NCBI GenBank assembly: GCA_963833095.1
Contig: CAWHWQ010000005.1
Coordinates: forward strand, 224,001 to 288,000
Length of the DNA: 64,000 bases
Reading direction: 5' to 3'
Source: Vulcanimicrobiota bacterium
Lineage (GTDB): Bacteria; Vulcanimicrobiota; Vulcanimicrobiia; Vulcanimicrobiales; Vulcanimicrobiaceae
Part shown: positions 63,481 to 64,000 of the stretch, piece by piece
How positions within the stretch are numbered: position 1 is the first letter of the stretch
How the letters are laid out: the number at the start of each line of letters is the position of its first letter
Program-made: the position numbers and the translations under genes
Notes under the pieces: generated by a model
Seen by the model: only the letters and a program-made list of their open reading frames with translations
Databases searched by the model: none
Told to the model about the DNA's origin: nothing

Positions 63481-64000
63481 ATGATTTCCTCGAACGAACT
63501 CCGCAACGGCGTCACCATCCTCGTCGACGGCAACCTTTGGACCGTCATCGAGTTCCTCCACGTCAAGCCGGGCAAAGGCGCGGCCTTCGTGCGCACGCGC
63601 CTAAAGAACGTGAAAACCGGCACGACCCTCGAGCGCACGTTCCGCGCAGGCGAAAAACTCGAGCGCGCCACCGTGGACAACCGCCAGATGCAGATGCTCT
63701 ACAACGATGCCGACGGATTCCATTTCATGGATCAGGAGTCGTTCGAGAACATCACGATCCAGCGCGAACTGATCGGCGACCCGGCGGATTTCCTCAAAGA
63801 CGGGATGGTCGTCGACGTGCAGCATCACGACGGCGTGCCGATCGGCGTCGATCTTCCGCCGCACGTCGAACTGCGGGTCGTCGAAACCGATCCCGGGTTC
63901 AAAGGGGACACGGCGACCAACACGGGCAAGCCGGCCAAGCTCGAGACCGGCGCGACGGTCAACGTGCCGCTGTTCGTGAATCAGGACGACGTCATTAAGA
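63481..64000 (+). CDS. efp: Elongation factor P (runs off the window end)
   Basis: Manual translation MISSNELRNG...HVKPGKGAAFVRTRLKN...TDPGFKGDTA...ETGATVNVPLFV. Confidence 0.96.
   Translation, partial: MISSNELRNGVTILVDGNLWTVIEFLHVKPGKGAAFVRTRLKNVKTGTTLERTFRAGEKLERATVDNRQMQMLYNDADGFHFMDQESFENITIQRELIGDPADFLKDGMVVDVQHHDGVPIGVDLPPHVELRVVETDPGFKGDTATNTGKPAKLETGATVNVPLFVNQDDVIK

Overview
GC-rich bacterial chromosomal window. Gene content and style suggest Candidatus Eremiobacterota/Vulcanimicrobiota; this is inference, not verified. From left to right it holds: an RND pump with an OmpR-type two-component system; a soluble chemoreceptor with MCP-DctP-MCP architecture; an inverted pair of CGTC-type REPs around a truncated GIY-YIG nuclease gene; a cell-wall cluster (murI, amidase, GerMN); assorted hydrolases and regulators; an accessory-looking block ending at tmRNA (tag ANNEYALAA); surE, uvrC, dedA and tRNA-Pro(CGG); a large K+ cluster (two TrkA, NarL-type TCS, kinase-less tandem KdpD, porin-peptide-kdpFABC, CPA1 antiporter); and the housekeeping block miaB-mutS-mutL-miaA-hfq-dapF plus der-plsY-efp. 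A Cyc2-like cytochrome-porin and a triheme cytochrome c sit between mutS and mutL, and a ~180-nt rod-like inverted-repeat structure fills the miaA-hfq gap. Several conserved genes (uvrC, kdpB/C/D, mutS, miaB, der) carry dense indels that are most likely consensus errors. No CRISPR array, integrase or transposase was seen.
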